DNA of 64,000 nt, from the NCBI GenBank assembly GCA_964631325.1, contig CAZVWJ010000001.1, positions 31,075 to 95,074 on the forward strand, written 5' to 3'. Positions 39,689-51,580 of this stretch are shown here, in pieces. A program made the translations under genes and the position numbers. The notes below the pieces were generated by a model. The model saw only the letters and a list, made by a program, of their open reading frames with translations. It ran no database searches and had not been told where the DNA came from. Origin of the DNA: an uncultured bacterium. GTDB lineage: Bacteria > T1Sed10-126. Each line of letters starts with the position of its first letter. Position 1 is the first letter of the stretch.

Positions 39689-40603
39689 CTAACGCAAAAT
39701 AATCGCAAGCAAGCCGAGAAAAACAACGCTGGCCGCCAGAAACCGCCGGGGAAGGTCCTCTTCCTCGAACAACAGGCCCCCACCGAGGACACTGACCAGC
39801 ATTCCGGCCCGTTTGATTGCAACCACATAAGAGACCTGGATCTCAGTAATAGCCAGCATCTGTGTGCCTGAAAGAACAGCTTCCAGGGTACCAGCCGCAA
39901 TTATTCCACCAAAAATATAGCCCGGCCAGGGCGACGAACCGGAAATGTGAGTATCCCCTGGTTTTTCCTTCATTAATTTGCCCCGACGAAAAAGGACCAG
40001 CGGCAATAAAAGCAACGTAAATAAAACGTGAAACCAGAACGAATATATCAGCGGCCGGGCCGCTCGCGCGGCGAGTTTGTCTATATTTGCCTGGATACTC
40101 CAGATAAACGACACAAACAGGGCCCAACGACAACCGGGGTCCTCAAACAGGGCTAAAAAGGGGCGAAAACCGCTCATCTCTGAACTGCGGGTTAATAAAT
40201 AGGTCCCCGCTACCACTCCGAGAATCCCCACGAGCCCCTGGAGATCCGGTAGTTCCGAAAGAATCAACCAACTGGTAAGAATCATAAAAAAAGGAGTCAA
40301 GGAAATTAACGGCATAACCAGAGAGACATCGGACAGCTCCAGGGCCCGGACATAGCCGTAAAAACCAAACAGATTACCGAACACTGCAATAAACAAGACC
40401 AGGGGAAAATGATTTTCATATGTCGGCGGAGGAGTAAAATATGTAAATACGAGGAGGACAGGTACCGCAAGCCCCATCAACAACCAGAGCAAAAAGAGAC
40501 TATTTATTCGGCGGCGAGTCAATCCTTTTATAAACAGGTTCTGGAGGGCATAGGAGAAACTGCAGATAATAGCCAGCAACTGCCAGGTAACTGTAAGCAA
40601 CAA
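39689..40603 (-). CDS. EamA/DMT family transporter
   Basis: About ten TM helices in two EamA-like repeats. Confidence 0.85.
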   Translation of the reverse strand: MLLTVTWQLLAIICSFSYALQNLFIKGLTRRRINSLFLLWLLMGLAVPVLLVFTYFTPPPTYENHFPLVLFIAVFGNLFGFYGYVRALELSDVSLVMPLISLTPFFMILTSWLILSELPDLQGLVGILGVVAGTYLLTRSSEMSGFRPFLALFEDPGCRWALFVSFIWSIQANIDKLAARAARPLIYSFWFHVLFTLLLLPLVLFRRGKLMKEKPGDTHISGSSPWPGYIFGGIIAAGTLEAVLSGTQMLAITEIQVSYVVAIKRAGMLVSVLGGGLLFEEEDLPRRFLAASVVFLGLLAIILR

Positions 40604-40628
40604 TAAAAAGTCCTATCCTAATAAAATC

Positions 40629-40907
40629 TTACAAAGGGATTTCCCTGGACTCTGAGACCTGCTCGTTGTAATCCCGAATAAGCTCGGCGCAAATTCTTTC
40701 CCGACAATCATTATTCAGTGGGTGAGCTATGTCACGCAACTCACCTCTATATTCCTCATTAGGCATCGCTGCAATAACTCCACTTTCCGCTCTGACCAAC
40801 CTGATATTATGGACCACGAATTCCTCGTCAAATACTACGGAAGCAAATGCTAACAGACGTTCGCCACCGGTCTCTACGGGATTCAAATCAACAGATGTAA
40901 CTTCCAT
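40629..40907 (-). CDS. spoVG: SpoVG family protein
   Basis: AFASVVFDEEFVVHNIRLV...AMP...DIAHP; GGAGG RBS. Confidence 0.9.
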   Translation of the reverse strand: MEVTSVDLNPVETGGERLLAFASVVFDEEFVVHNIRLVRAESGVIAAMPNEEYRGELRDIAHPLNNDCRERICAELIRDYNEQVSESREIPL

Positions 40908-40967
40908 GATATCAACCTCCAAATAATAAGCCCTTCTGTTCCACAAAAACAGTTGGTTATTCTTGCG

Positions 40968-41864
40968 TTAATCAGCCCCGATTTCAATTGTCCCACCTAA
41001 TCTTCCCATAAACCAGTCTATCGCAGAATTATTATTCCGCAACTGTTTCACTGCTTCGTTTGCTTTTTCTCTCCGTTCAAAAAGAGCGTAAAGTCCACTT
41101 CCACTGCCAGTCAATCCAACGTAATTTGAAAATACACCGAGACGCTCCCTTATTTCTTCGAGTTGTTCATAACGGGAGACAAGTACAGGCCAAAAATCAT
41201 TTTCCAAATTTAATTTTTGCCACAGATAACCGGGCCTGGAAACAGGCAACACCGGTAAATTAAAACAATAATTTTTAGTTTCAGCCACCTCTTTTTCAAA
41301 CTGGCTATAAGCCGAGACAGTTGAAATATGCAAGCCGGGAATCGCGATCAACGCCCAGCCTTCCTGGGGCGGTAAGGAAAGCAGTTGTTCGCCAATCCCG
41401 GCGGCCCGACATGTTTCTCCGGTCAGAAAAAAGGGAATATCCGCACCCAATTTATGAGCTACATCAGAATAGAAAGACCAGTCCAGCTTAATGCCGGAGA
41501 AATTTTGAACGGCCCATAGAATTAGCCCGGCGGCATTACCGCTTCCCCCACCCAGGCCGGCACCGGTAGGAATACGCTTTTTCAGTTGGACCTTGAGCGG
41601 GGGTATTTCAACTCCCCGGTCACGCAAAAATTGAAGCGTTTTAAAAATTAAATTTTCAGGACCGTCCGGCACTGAAACAGGGCCGGAAACTGTCAGTATA
41701 TCTTTTCTCCCATCACTATCTTTCCGAGTGATCACCAGTTGGTCTACAATTTTAACCACCTGAAAAACCGTTTCCAGACCGTGAAAACCCGACGCCAGCT
41801 TCCGGCCAATTTTTAAACCTAAATTCAATTTTGCCGGAGTAAAGATTCGTACTGTTCTACTCAT
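40968..41864 (-). CDS. ispE: 4-diphosphocytidyl-2C-methyl-D-erythritol kinase
   Basis: PAKLNLGL, IPTGAGLGGGSGNAA, GADIPFF, LTGSGS. Confidence 0.93.
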   Translation of the reverse strand: MSRTVRIFTPAKLNLGLKIGRKLASGFHGLETVFQVVKIVDQLVITRKDSDGRKDILTVSGPVSVPDGPENLIFKTLQFLRDRGVEIPPLKVQLKKRIPTGAGLGGGSGNAAGLILWAVQNFSGIKLDWSFYSDVAHKLGADIPFFLTGETCRAAGIGEQLLSLPPQEGWALIAIPGLHISTVSAYSQFEKEVAETKNYCFNLPVLPVSRPGYLWQKLNLENDFWPVLVSRYEQLEEIRERLGVFSNYVGLTGSGSGLYALFERREKANEAVKQLRNNNSAIDWFMGRLGGTIEIGAD

Positions 41865-41972
41865 TAATAAACAACTCACTCATTTAAATCAAACCAAACA
41901 CCTAAGAACCCTCCCTCAATAAACCTTGTGACTGCTCCAGAGTCACACAAAATCCTCACAGCAAATATATTT

Positions 41973-42467
41973 TCACTCAGCCGTATTTTCCTCTTTAATT
42001 TTACGATAATGTTCAACTACTTTAAGCCGGGCTTTCGCACGTTCGAGGCACCAGTATGAATGGTCAACGTCAATTTCAATTTCCGATTCGTCCAGCCCTT
42101 CTTCCTGCTGCAATTGACGAGCTTCCTCCAGCCTTTTCTCCGCCCGGTCGTAAGCTGCTCTGGCCCTTTCTTCGTCAATATCCTCCGCTTTTTCAGCCCC
42201 TTGAGTCAACACAGATATTTCATTGTCAGCAATGCGGGCATAGCCCCCCGTAACATTCAGAAGTTGAACTTCGTCATCCCACTTGAGCTTTAACTCACCA
42301 GGCTCTAGTTCCGCCATATAAGGTTCGTGACCGGGAAGGACTCCAAACCTCCCTTCCTGGCCGGGAAAAACCGCCTCATCCACCCGGCCTTCCCAGATTA
42401 TCCCCTCGGGCGTGACAACTTTAAGGTGAATCTCTCCGGTAGGAGTACTGCTATTTTCTGGGACCAT
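41973..42467 (-). CDS. atpC: ATP synthase epsilon subunit
   Basis: LKVVTPE, GRFGVLPGHEP, GGYA; operon position. Confidence 0.93.
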   Translation of the reverse strand: MVPENSSTPTGEIHLKVVTPEGIIWEGRVDEAVFPGQEGRFGVLPGHEPYMAELEPGELKLKWDDEVQLLNVTGGYARIADNEISVLTQGAEKAEDIDEERARAAYDRAEKRLEEARQLQQEEGLDESEIEIDVDHSYWCLERAKARLKVVEHYRKIKEENTAE

Positions 42468-42481
42468 ACCAATTCCTCTTG

Positions 42482-43891
<1,410 letters not shown>

Positions 43892-43901
43892 TTACAGGGC
43901 C

Positions 43902-44780
43902 TCATAGTGCTTCAGCCGCTCCGGAAATTTCCGCAATTTCCCGGGTAATATTCTGCTGGCGCAGTTGATTAAATTCGTGTTCCAACTCTTCCAACATTTC
44001 ATCCGCGCTCTCCGTAGCCTGCTCCATTGCCGTCATACGAGCCCCACGCTCGGAAGCGTATGATTCCAGCAAACCCATAAAAATCTGGCTGTAGACGTGG
44101 TAGGGTAAGATGGCATCAATTACTGTTTTTGGCTCCGGGTCATAATGATAATCCAATCCCTCCGAAAAAATCTCAATTATAAATTCCTCCCGGTTCAATG
44201 GGAGGAGCGGATAATCCAGAACCCGCTGACGCATTGCGGTCTCGAATTCATTGTAAATCATGGTGATTGAAGTTACTTTGCCTTTTTTGAAATCTTTACA
44301 AACTCTGTCTCTAATTGCTCCGGATGTCTCAAGATATTGACTCTCCCAGACGTCCTCAAAAGTAGCTTCTACCGGTGCCCCTTCCCGGGTAAAATATTCA
44401 ATTCCTCTGTTGCCAACCAGATATAAATGGGCATCTCCCGGTTTCTGCAACATCTTTTCAACTTTACGGTAAACGTTTGTATTAAAAGAACCGCAGAGAC
44501 CCCTATCAGAGGTAAATATGAGGTAGCCCGGGGACTGATCTTCCGGCACAAGTCCCTCCTCGGCCGAGAGAAAAAACGGATGATCAAACGAAGAATGACG
44601 GACGATCAGCGAACGAATAGCCCGGGAAGTTTCCCGACCAAATGCGCGAGCATTCTGCATCCATTTTTTGGCCCTCTGCATGCGGGCAGAAGCGACAGCC
44701 CGCATCGCACTGGTAATCTGGCGAACGTTTTTCACTCCGCCTAAATGTCGTTTTAACTCCCGTTCTGAACTGGCGCTCAT
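43902..44780 (-). CDS. atpG: ATP synthase gamma subunit
   Basis: ITSAMRAVA, DRGLCGSFN, ARMTAMEQAT, RQQNITREI. Confidence 0.96.
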   Translation of the reverse strand: MSASSERELKRHLGGVKNVRQITSAMRAVASARMQRAKKWMQNARAFGRETSRAIRSLIVRHSSFDHPFFLSAEEGLVPEDQSPGYLIFTSDRGLCGSFNTNVYRKVEKMLQKPGDAHLYLVGNRGIEYFTREGAPVEATFEDVWESQYLETSGAIRDRVCKDFKKGKVTSITMIYNEFETAMRQRVLDYPLLPLNREEFIIEIFSEGLDYHYDPEPKTVIDAILPYHVYSQIFMGLLESYASERGARMTAMEQATESADEMLEELEHEFNQLRQQNITREIAEISGAAEAL

Positions 44781-44806
44781 TTAAAATCTACTCCCCGGCA
44801 AACCTG

Positions 44807-46312
44807 TTAACCTATTTCGTCCCAACTGGCCTCAATTAATTCTTCAATCCGAGATTCAAACTCTTCCGAAAGCTCCTCCGCTTCTTCCAGTTTTTCCAGT
44901 AAATCCTCATATTCATCTCGAGCTTTCTGAATAATTGTCTCTTCAAAATCCTTAACCCCATCCACGTCAATCGAATCAAGGTACCCGTTTATTCCTGCAT
45001 AAATTATTAAAATTTGTTCACTCACCGGTAACGGATGATACTGCTTTTGCTTGAGAATTTCCATCAATCTTTCCCCACGGGTGAGCTGCTTCTGGGTCTC
45101 TTCATCCAGTTCTGTTCCAAACTGAGCAAAAGATTCTTTTTCCCGGTACTGGGCCAACTCAAGGTGAAGCGCCCCGGCCACTTCGTTCATTATTTCATTT
45201 TGTGCTTCTCCGCCAATCCGGCTGACCGAAATTCCTACGTCAATAGCGGGTCTAATCCCCTGGTTAAATAGTTCCGGATCAAGATAAATCTGCCCATCTG
45301 TTATTGAAATTACGTTGGTAGGGATATAGGCGGAAACATCCCCGCTCTGGGTTTCAATAATCGGCAGAGCAGTCAAGCTTCCACCGCCGTAGTCGTCACT
45401 GTATTTCGCTGCTCTTTCGAGTAGACGCGAATGAAGGTAAAAGACGTCACCGGGATAAGCTTCACGGCCGGGTGGACGGCGCAACAACAAGCTAATCTCC
45501 CGATAAGCAACGGCGTGCTTACTTAAATCATCATAAACAATCAGAGCATCTTCACCATTATCCCGATAGTACTCCGCCATACTGCAACCGGAATACGGAG
45601 CAATATAACGTTCTGCCACCGGCGCTGAAGCAGAAGCCAGAACCACCGTCGTATATTCCATCGCCCCGACTTTTTTCAATTTTTCAATCAATTCCGCCAC
45701 TTCCCCCTTTTTTTGGCCAATGGCCACGTAAATACATTTTACATCACTGTGTTTCTGATTAATTATAGTGTCTACTCCAATCGCGGATTTACCAGTCTGA
45801 CGGTCACCCACAATTAACTGGCGTTGTCCCCGGCCCAGGGGAGTCATAGAATCAATAGCTTTCAGGCCTGTCTGCAGCGGTTCTTGAACTGATTGTCGTT
45901 CTTTCAAACCGGGGGCCGCACGCTCAACCTTGTAACGCTCAACCGGCTCTATTTCTCCCGCACCATCAACTGGCTGGCCCAGCGCATTTACTACTCTCCC
46001 CTGCAAATCCGGGCCCACCGGAACATTAATTACCCGGCCGGTACGTCTAACCTCTTCCCCCTCATGAATCCCTTCCTCCGGTCCGATGATAACCACACCA
46101 AGACTACCTTCATCCAGGTTTAAGACCAGGCCCTCAACTCCGTTCTCAAATTTTACCAATTCAGAGGCTCTAACGTCTTTTAAACCATAAACCCGGGCGA
46201 TACCATCACCCACTTCGAGCACTACCCCCACTTCCCGGTAATCCAGCTCGGTTTCTAAAGAATTTATCTCCTGTTTAAGAATATTTTTGACTTCTTCCGG
46301 CCTTATTTCCAT
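44807..46312 (-). CDS. atpA: ATP synthase alpha subunit
   Basis: [29 protein letters not shown]. Confidence 0.98.
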   Translation of the reverse strand: MEIRPEEVKNILKQEINSLETELDYREVGVVLEVGDGIARVYGLKDVRASELVKFENGVEGLVLNLDEGSLGVVIIGPEEGIHEGEEVRRTGRVINVPVGPDLQGRVVNALGQPVDGAGEIEPVERYKVERAAPGLKERQSVQEPLQTGLKAIDSMTPLGRGQRQLIVGDRQTGKSAIGVDTIINQKHSDVKCIYVAIGQKKGEVAELIEKLKKVGAMEYTTVVLASASAPVAERYIAPYSGCSMAEYYRDNGEDALIVYDDLSKHAVAYREISLLLRRPPGREAYPGDVFYLHSRLLERAAKYSDDYGGGSLTALPIIETQSGDVSAYIPTNVISITDGQIYLDPELFNQGIRPAIDVGISVSRIGGEAQNEIMNEVAGALHLELAQYREKESFAQFGTELDEETQKQLTRGERLMEILKQKQYHPLPVSEQILIIYAGINGYLDSIDVDGVKDFEETIIQKARDEYEDLLEKLEEAEELSEEFESRIEELIEASWDEIG

Positions 46313-46333
46313 CTGATTATTGTGCCTCCGCCG

Positions 46334-46843
46334 TTAAATTTCTTTTTTAAAATTTTTCAGGATCTGTGCAACTGAATTATCAAACACGTAATCATCAACC
46401 TTAACTCGTAGTCCCCCGACCAGTGAACTATCAACTATTTCTTGCAGCTCTATATTCTCATCAAATCGATTTTCCAGAGCCGCTTGCAATTTCTCGCGCT
46501 GGCCTTCTTTCAGCGGGAAAGGGGTCCACACGCGAGCTGTCTGAATGTTACAGAACTCACATCTTTCTTGACCACAAAGGCGAATTAATTCGGGAATCAG
46601 GGGCAATCTCTTTTTTACCGCGAGGACCTGGCAAAAATCTTTAATTAACTCACAACCCTCCCCCTCAAAAGCTTTTTCGAGTAGCTTCTCTTTGGTTTGA
46701 GCAGAAACCGTCGGGCGGGCAAAATACTCCCGTATTTCCCTGGTAAAAATTTCCGGCAACGCCTGAATTGCCCGGGCCGTTTCATCTAACTGTCCTCGCG
46801 ATCTGGCCAAATCAAAAAGTGCATCCAGGTAACGCCGGGCCAA
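46334..46843 (-). CDS. atpH: ATP synthase delta subunit
   Basis: ARRY..ALF, VDSSLVGGL.VKV.D. Confidence 0.9.
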   Translation of the reverse strand: MARRYLDALFDLARSRGQLDETARAIQALPEIFTREIREYFARPTVSAQTKEKLLEKAFEGEGCELIKDFCQVLAVKKRLPLIPELIRLCGQERCEFCNIQTARVWTPFPLKEGQREKLQAALENRFDENIELQEIVDSSLVGGLRVKVDDYVFDNSVAQILKNFKKEI

Positions 46844-46854
46844 CTGTGCATTTT

Positions 46855-47358
46855 TTAGTGGAATTGAAGTTCACCCGTTTCCAAATCCTCAATAAACGAC
46901 TCCACTAATCTCTCGTGGTCTTCTTTGCTAATTTCTCTCTCTAAAATTTGTTCGCCAAGCATTGCCGCATACACGCCCAGCTCTTTTTTTAACCGGTCAA
47001 ACTCTTTTATTTCCTTTTCCCGCGCCCGCTTTTCAGCCGCGTTAATTTTAGCTCGAGCTTCCTGTTCAGCTTCGTTAACAATCTGTTTGCGTTCCTTTTC
47101 CCCGGCTCGTTTTTTGTTTTCAACTATTTGCCGGGCTTTTTCTCGAGCTTCTTTTAGCTCCGACTCTTCTTCTTTTACCAGAAACTCGGCCCGTTCTTTT
47201 CTTTCCTCCGCCTTCTGCAGATCCGACTGAATTTTTTCTTCCCGTTCCTGCAGAGTTTCTACAATCGGCCCCCAGGCGTATCGTCCCAGCAGAAGCAACA
47301 GTAAACCAAAAGCCAGCCAGGTGAAAAAAATCAGACCCGGATTAAACACGAATATCAC
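46855..47358 (-). CDS. atpF: ATP synthase b subunit
   Basis: N-terminal TM, AWGPI...L.ERE.KI, coiled coil. Confidence 0.92.
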   Translation of the reverse strand: MIFVFNPGLIFFTWLAFGLLLLLLGRYAWGPIVETLQEREEKIQSDLQKAEERKERAEFLVKEEESELKEAREKARQIVENKKRAGEKERKQIVNEAEQEARAKINAAEKRAREKEIKEFDRLKKELGVYAAMLGEQILEREISKEDHERLVESFIEDLETGELQFH

Positions 47359-47393
47359 CCGCTTCAGGCCCGGTTATCCGGAGCAGTTTCATT

Positions 47394-47735
47394 TTATCCC
47401 CATTCTTCCGGTGCTGGCTGCATCACAGCCGCTTCCTGATTAACCTTCGACTGACCAGCACTATCCTGGTAATCAGTCCGAATGTGCTTGATCGCGTAAA
47501 TCCCGTAAAATGCTACACCGAGAGCGGCAAAAGTGAGCCCTTCAATTAAAGCTGAAGCGACAATCATGTGAGTTAATAAAGAACCGCTAACCTCCGGTTG
47601 CCGCCCCAGGGATTCAAGATCCTTGGAAGCAAGCCAACCAATTCCCAGGGCACCTCCAAGCAAAGCTATACTTCCTCCCAGAACAGTAATTCCAATCCCA
47701 ATCCCTTCACCGATAAACATTCCACTCAAACTCAT
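47394..47735 (-). CDS. atpE: ATP synthase c subunit with 30-aa C-terminal extension
   Basis: GALGIG, RQPE loop, ALIEG carboxylate. Confidence 0.92.
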   Translation of the reverse strand: MSLSGMFIGEGIGIGITVLGGSIALLGGALGIGWLASKDLESLGRQPEVSGSLLTHMIVASALIEGLTFAALGVAFYGIYAIKHIRTDYQDSAGQSKVNQEAAVMQPAPEEWG

Positions 47736-47803
47736 TTCAAAAACCTCCTGATTAAAAAATAAATGTTAAACACCCAGTTGCATTTTTTATCGTCCATTTA
47801 CAT

Positions 47804-48664
47804 CTAATGACGATGTATCTGTAAATCAATATACAGCACAGAAAGTATCGTAAATACGTAAGCCTGAACAACTGAAGTTAAAATTTCCAGAGCATAAATA
47901 AATAGAGCAAATAAAGTCGCTGCCAGTGACGAGGGCCAGCTCAACAACATCGACTGAAATGATTCCATAAAAAAAACAGCAAGGCCCAGCACTCCAAAGA
48001 GAATCCCGTGGCCGGCCAGCATGTTAGCCAGCAACCGAACAACAAGAACCATGTGTTTTACTACCGTCAAACAAAATTCCAGTGGTAATAAAAAAATCGC
48101 TATATATTCAGGAACCGTTTCCGGTACATAATTCCGGAGATATCCAAAAAACCCAAATTTTTTAATCCCCACTGCCATCCCTACTAACAACACCAGCAAC
48201 GCCAGACCGGAAACAATCCAGATGTTAGAAGTCGGCGTCGCCATTGGGAAAATAATGAAATCTGTCCAGGGAATTTTTACTTCCGGAATCAAGCCGGACA
48301 AATTTGCGACTAAAAGAAAAGCAAACAGGGTTAAAAAAAAGCTCAAGAACGGTTTACCTTCATCCTCACCGAGAATCGGATACACCATCTCGTCTCGAAC
48401 ATAAATCACATAACTCTCAAAAGCAGTCATCAAATACCCCTGCGGGGCTGGAACGGGAGTCGTGGAGAATCGCCAGCCTACGTAAACACCCGCCCCTGTC
48501 AAAAAAATAAAAGTATATAGCAACACCCAAGTATGACGGGTAAACTTAAAAATTATCGGACCCAGCGAAAAAATTACAAAATAACTCTGATCTAACAAAT
48601 GATGAATAATTTCCATGGGGATCAACCCAGAATAAAATATGAAATATAACCCCCCACGATACAA
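47804..48664 (-). CDS. atpB: ATP synthase a subunit
   Basis: NL.GLIP, RLLANMLAGH, QAYVFTILS; start may be ATG 48616. Confidence 0.93.
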   Translation of the reverse strand: MYRGGLYFIFYSGLIPMEIIHHLLDQSYFVIFSLGPIIFKFTRHTWVLLYTFIFLTGAGVYVGWRFSTTPVPAPQGYLMTAFESYVIYVRDEMVYPILGEDEGKPFLSFFLTLFAFLLVANLSGLIPEVKIPWTDFIIFPMATPTSNIWIVSGLALLVLLVGMAVGIKKFGFFGYLRNYVPETVPEYIAIFLLPLEFCLTVVKHMVLVVRLLANMLAGHGILFGVLGLAVFFMESFQSMLLSWPSSLAATLFALFIYALEILTSVVQAYVFTILSVLYIDLQIHRH

Positions 48665-48741
48665 CCATCCGTAAATATAACTTTTAAGCCAGACAAAGTA
48701 AAAAATTAACCCCCCGGTTTAACCGAGGTGGGAACTGCCAG

Positions 48742-49143
48742 CTAACCGGCAGATTTGCTGCGGACAGCCAGGTGGAGTGATAAAAATGTTACCAAAAATA
48801 CTCCGATAAGCAAACTGAGAAAAAAAGATATAGGATTTATTAATCCATAATAAAATAACAGGGCTGTCGAACCAAAGATCAACACTAATTTCCAGAAATA
48901 CAAAGCGGTTAACCCCAGCAGAGGCGGTAGTTTACCGGTGAACATCAAACTATAAATAAAATAGAAAATTGGCAGTTGTGAAAGGATTATTACAAAGGCC
49001 AGTCGGAAAGTACAGATACAGGCGACAGAATCTACACAGAGTTCCAGGAGAAGCCAACTCCCGGCAAACAGCCAGCCATAAATTAAAAGTTTTCTAACAA
49101 AAGCATCATTTACCCGGTGGAGTCTCTCTTTTATCCACTTCAT
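48742..49143 (-). CDS. ATP synthase protein I-like membrane protein
   Basis: Four TM helices, upstream of atpB. Confidence 0.6.
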   Translation of the reverse strand: MKWIKERLHRVNDAFVRKLLIYGWLFAGSWLLLELCVDSVACICTFRLAFVIILSQLPIFYFIYSLMFTGKLPPLLGLTALYFWKLVLIFGSTALLFYYGLINPISFFLSLLIGVFLVTFLSLHLAVRSKSAG

Positions 49144-49345
49144 TGGAGATTAATTTCCTGGTTTTAAACAAAAAATAAGCAAGCGCACCCAGAATACCAA
49201 CTATAAGTCCAACTCCCAGGCCCAGGCTAAACCGCTCAAGCCACTGACCGATTGTATAACCAAGGTAAGTGAAAAAGCCAATAATGAGGACCATTACAAA
49301 CCCCATGTGAGAATAACTGAGTGCCAGACGCAAATCTTCTTTCAA
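49106..49345 (-). CDS. AtpZ/AtpI (ATPase gene 1) family protein
   Basis: Two TM helices, G..LG..L pattern, head of the atp operon. Confidence 0.7.
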   Translation of the reverse strand: MKEDLRLALSYSHMGFVMVLIIGFFTYLGYTIGQWLERFSLGLGVGLIVGILGALAYFLFKTRKLISNEVDKRETPPGK

Positions 49346-49363
49346 CCGTTTACCACCAGCCTT

Positions 49364-50416
49364 TTAAACAGTCCCAAATAACCTATCACCGGCATCGCCC
49401 AGGCCGGGAATTATATAACCGTCATCGTTTAATTTTTCATCAACCGAGGCGGTATAAATTGAAACATCGGGGTGGGCCTCTCGCACTGCTTTTACTCCTG
49501 CAGGGGCAGCAACCAGGCAGAGAAACCTGATGTCCGAGGTGAATCCTTTCTCTTTCAACAGGCTGATTGCCTTGACAGCGGTTCCCCCGGTGGCCAGCAT
49601 TGGATCCAGCAATAAAACGATACAATTATCAAGATTTTCTGGTACTTTCAGATAATACTCCACCGGCTCAAGCGTCTCCTCCTGCCGGTAAAGCCCAACG
49701 TGACCAACTTTTGCAGTGGGCACCAGCTCCAGGATCGGATCCACCATCCCCAGACCGGCCCGGAGAATAGGAACCAGCAAAATTCTCTGCAGAAGTTCTT
49801 TACCCCGTGCTTCAGCCAGCGGAGTTTCAACGACCTCCCGGTCAGTGGGACAACTCCCGGTGGCTTCATAGAACATTAAGCCGGTTAATTCACCAATTAA
49901 TTCCCGAAATTCTTTCTTAGTTGTAGCTTTATCGCGAAGCTGGGTCAGCTTGGTCTGAACCAGCGGATGGTGGATTACTTTCAGTGGGGGATTGTCAATC
50001 TTATTTATGCGGCGGCTGTGGCGACCACCGTCAAAATCAGTCTCTATGAACGCGTCTACAACTTTTTTGGCCTGTTTCGAAGAAATTTCTCGGCCACCAA
50101 AAGTTAAACAATTAATATTGTTATGGGTCCGGGCCAGACTAGCTGCTTCGGGAGTTAAACATCGACCGGCGCGGATACCCCGGTGACGATTGGCCGTTAT
50201 TGCCATTCCTACTCCACTCCCACAAACCAGGATTCCCCGAGCCTCTTCAGCCGCTTGCAAATACTCCACAGCCCGGTGAGCAAAATCCGGATAATCACAA
50301 GTCTCCGGAGAATCGGTCCCGACATCCCGAACTTCAAACCCCTTTTGCCGCAAATAATTTTTAACCTTTTCTTTTTCTTCATATCCAGCGTGATCAGAAC
50401 CAACGACAAATTTCAT
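49364..50416 (-). CDS. rpiB-upp: Fused ribose-5-phosphate isomerase B / uracil phosphoribosyltransferase
   Basis: GSDHAG, CGSGVG, RTHNN, RHSRR then HHPLVQTK, ILRAG, DPMLATGG, PGLGDAGDR in one ORF. Confidence 0.93.
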   Translation of the reverse strand: MKFVVGSDHAGYEEKEKVKNYLRQKGFEVRDVGTDSPETCDYPDFAHRAVEYLQAAEEARGILVCGSGVGMAITANRHRGIRAGRCLTPEAASLARTHNNINCLTFGGREISSKQAKKVVDAFIETDFDGGRHSRRINKIDNPPLKVIHHPLVQTKLTQLRDKATTKKEFRELIGELTGLMFYEATGSCPTDREVVETPLAEARGKELLQRILLVPILRAGLGMVDPILELVPTAKVGHVGLYRQEETLEPVEYYLKVPENLDNCIVLLLDPMLATGGTAVKAISLLKEKGFTSDIRFLCLVAAPAGVKAVREAHPDVSIYTASVDEKLNDDGYIIPGLGDAGDRLFGTV

Positions 50417-50476
50417 AATTTCACCTCAAAAGGATTATACCTGAATCAAATAATAATTTGAATCCCGCTAACCCGA

Positions 50477-50929
50477 TTACCCGCGGATAATTTTTTGCTT
50501 CAATGTTTGAAGCGCCGGTTTAAGTTGTTGAAATAACTTTCTGTACTGACTTAAATCATGACCGTAAGGATCAGAAAGATTCAGTTCAGAATCAATGTAT
50601 TCATTTAAGGTAAATACGTCTACTTCCCGACCGGCAAATTGGTTCAGCAAGTGCTGCTTGTGGCTTTGCGTCATTCCAAGAAATAGATCGTCCGATTCAG
50701 GAAATATTTCTGCGACTGGCTTTGAGTGGTGATTTTTTATTCCATCAATTCCGGCCTCAGTAAGAATCTTCACGGTATTTTCCGAAGCCGGCGACCCCGA
50801 GGAAGCCATAATTCCCGCCGAATCAACTTTTATTTCATCCTTTTCAGCTTCAGAAATCATTGAACGAAAAAGATACTCCGCCATCGGACTCCGACAGGTA
50901 TTTCCCGTACAGACAAAAATAACTCTCAT
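50477..50929 (-). CDS. Low-molecular-weight protein phosphatase (YwlE/arginine phosphatase type)
   Basis: CTGNTCRSPMAE, DPYG. Confidence 0.9.
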   Translation of the reverse strand: MRVIFVCTGNTCRSPMAEYLFRSMISEAEKDEIKVDSAGIMASSGSPASENTVKILTEAGIDGIKNHHSKPVAEIFPESDDLFLGMTQSHKQHLLNQFAGREVDVFTLNEYIDSELNLSDPYGHDLSQYRKLFQQLKPALQTLKQKIIRG

Positions 50930-50964
50930 AAACCTTACTCCTCGTTGGATTGAGTTTAGTTTGG

Positions 50965-51555
50965 CTATTTCTCGGGTAATTCAGCGAGATCTATCTCACC
51001 CTCGCGATGAATCTTCCAATTTCCGCTTTCTTCATTCAATTCTGCTACCGTGGAAGGGGCGCCGGAACCTTCTTTTCCCCCGAGAATAAAGTTTACTTCC
51101 CGGAGCAAAAATCCTGAAATTTCATCTTCTGCGGTCGGGGCGGGCTCACCGGAAATGTTTGCACTCGTTCCAACCAGGGGACCACACTCTGCAATTAATT
51201 CAAGCAGGGGCTGAAAGTCCGGCTGGCGGAGGGCAATTTTTCCGTCAGCTATTAACCGCTCATCTAATTCCCCGGGCTCTTTTGCCCCCAGAATCAAGGT
51301 CAAGTTACCGGGCCAGAACTGTTCTATGGCCATCTTTTCTAATTTTTCGGTCCGAGCTAAATTCAAAACCTGCTTTCGAGTCACCAATACCGGGACCGGA
51401 TTGGTCTCCTTTCGTCCCTTGATTTGATAGACATTATTAATCGCCTCAACGCTGTCAATTGAGCAACCGATTCCATACACAGTATCAGTGGGAAATATAA
51501 ATACTTTTCCCTCTTTTATCTGTTTTATTACCTGCTTATTCTCCCACTTTTTCAA
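50965..51555 (-). CDS. tsaC: Threonylcarbamoyl-AMP synthase (TsaC/Sua5 YrdC domain only)
   Basis: FPTDTVYG, IKGR, WPGNLT, TSANISG. Confidence 0.92.
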   Translation of the reverse strand: MKKWENKQVIKQIKEGKVFIFPTDTVYGIGCSIDSVEAINNVYQIKGRKETNPVPVLVTRKQVLNLARTEKLEKMAIEQFWPGNLTLILGAKEPGELDERLIADGKIALRQPDFQPLLELIAECGPLVGTSANISGEPAPTAEDEISGFLLREVNFILGGKEGSGAPSTVAELNEESGNWKIHREGEIDLAELPEK

Positions 51556-51580
51556 ACTCTTTACTCCTTCCTGCCGTCAA

